Below, one piece after another: positions 6,107 to 6,552 of a DNA stretch of 6,552 nucleotides. Origin of the DNA: Candidatus Iainarchaeum sp. (GTDB lineage Archaea; Iainarchaeota; Iainarchaeia; Iainarchaeales; CSSED10-239). The translations under genes were made by a program, and so were the position numbers. How positions within the stretch are numbered: position 1 is the stretch's first letter; every line of letters starts with the position of its first letter. The stretch lies in NCBI GenBank assembly GCA_028700115.1, contig JAQVTI010000023.1, positions 1 through 6,552 on the forward strand, read 5' to 3'. The notes beneath the pieces are model-generated. The model worked only from the letters and a program-made list of their open reading frames with translations, was not told where the DNA came from and did no database searches.

Positions 6107-6381
6107 AATCTATTTGTTTCTTCAGTGAACTTATAAATTAATTCTAATACTATCCAAATTCCTAAAATTATCCAAAAAATATTCCATCCTAATAAAATTA
6201 TAATTAAAATAAATATTCCTGGTATTAGTATTATTCTTCTTGTTATTAAAAATAATATAAATTTGATAAGAAATAGCCATTCTGAAAAGTTATCTGTAAA
6301 ATCATCTGTTTTATCAGAAAGCGTATATACTAATTCAACTAATTTAAATGATTCAATAAACTTTATTATTTTTTCCCACAT
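6103..6381 (-). CDS. Small hypothetical membrane protein (92 aa; soluble N-terminus plus 2-3 hydrophobic helices)
   Basis: Track ORF. About 34 acidic/polar N-terminal residues are followed by WLFLIKFILFLITRRIILIPGIFILIIILLGWNIFWIILGIWIVLELIY (about 6130-6279). This is strongly hydrophobic with an RR loop. 92 stop-free codons are unlikely by chance at this composition. Confidence 0.6.
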   Translation of the reverse strand: MWEKIIKFIESFKLVELVYTLSDKTDDFTDNFSEWLFLIKFILFLITRRIILIPGIFILIIILLGWNIFWIILGIWIVLELIYKFTEETNRF

Positions 6382-6427
6382 TACACATCATATTTATTAA
6401 ATGAAGGGCTTTTAACTTTTTAAAATA

Positions 6428-6500
6428 AGCCTCTAATGGGATTTGAACCCACGACCTACAGTTTACAAGACTGTTGCTCTAGCCACTGAGCTATAGAGGC
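6428..6500 (-). tRNA. tRNA-Thr (anticodon UGU), no encoded CCA
   Basis: Reverse complement of 6429-6500 reads GCCTCTA TA GCTC AGTGGCTA GAGC A ACAGT CTTGTAA ACTGT AGGTC GTGGG TTCAAAT CCCAT TAGAGGC.
- Perfect 7-bp acceptor stem, 4-bp D stem and 5-bp anticodon stem.
- 5-bp T stem with one G-U pair; T-loop TTCAAAT.
- U8 and U33 present; anticodon TGT.
- 72 nt plus discriminator T (6428), followed by TATTTT rather than CCA. Confidence 0.93.
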
Positions 6501-6552
6501 AAAATAAATTAGATCTCTTTAGAAACAAAAAGATATAAATAATATCTGTAAA

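Noticed and set aside
1-6552. Alternative genetic code (TGA=Trp, as in Mollicutes), suggested by the extreme AT-richness and the absence of TGA stops
   Set aside because: ORFs of 558-797 codons are uninterrupted under the standard code. Trp is encoded by TGG throughout, for example LVWEEE at about 1083-1100. A code-4 organism would show in-frame TGA codons.
1-6552. Mobile-element hallmarks: integrase, transposase, terminal inverted repeats, or a duplicated tRNA 3' segment
   Set aside because: No ORF has recombinase or transposase motifs that I recognise, and no second copy of the tRNA 3' half is present in the window. The island hypothesis therefore rests on context only and needs flanking sequence.

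Overview
Very AT-rich (about three-quarters A+T by eye), gene-dense window read with the standard genetic code. From left to right:
- The 3' part of a + strand ORF that is open from base 1. The track start at 337 is only an internal ATG. It carries an in-frame 12-bp x3 tandem repeat.
- A 155-bp intergenic region with an 18-bp perfect palindrome and a tandem 10-mer.
- A complete Type III restriction-modification operon: mod (DPPY...FxGxG beta-class methyltransferase), then res 8 nt later (SF2 DEAH helicase plus C-terminal PD...DxK nuclease).
- An orphan 277-aa ORF with an RNxxxH (HEPN-type) motif.
- An untracked 44-codon CxxC...CxxH zinc-ribbon mini-ORF.
- A convergent 92-aa small membrane protein.
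- tRNA-Thr(UGU) on the minus strand.
No CRISPR array, rRNA, integrase or transposase is visible. The best lead for something undescribed is the uncharacterised gene set next to the Type III R-M and the tRNA: the HEPN-like protein, the zinc-ribbon ORF and the membrane protein, possibly with the partial upstream ORF, which has its own Rx4H motif. This looks like an R-M-linked toxin or abortive-infection back-up module. All functional calls rest on motifs read by eye; no database search was possible. The host is uncertain; weak signals (see findings) lean towards an AT-rich archaeon.
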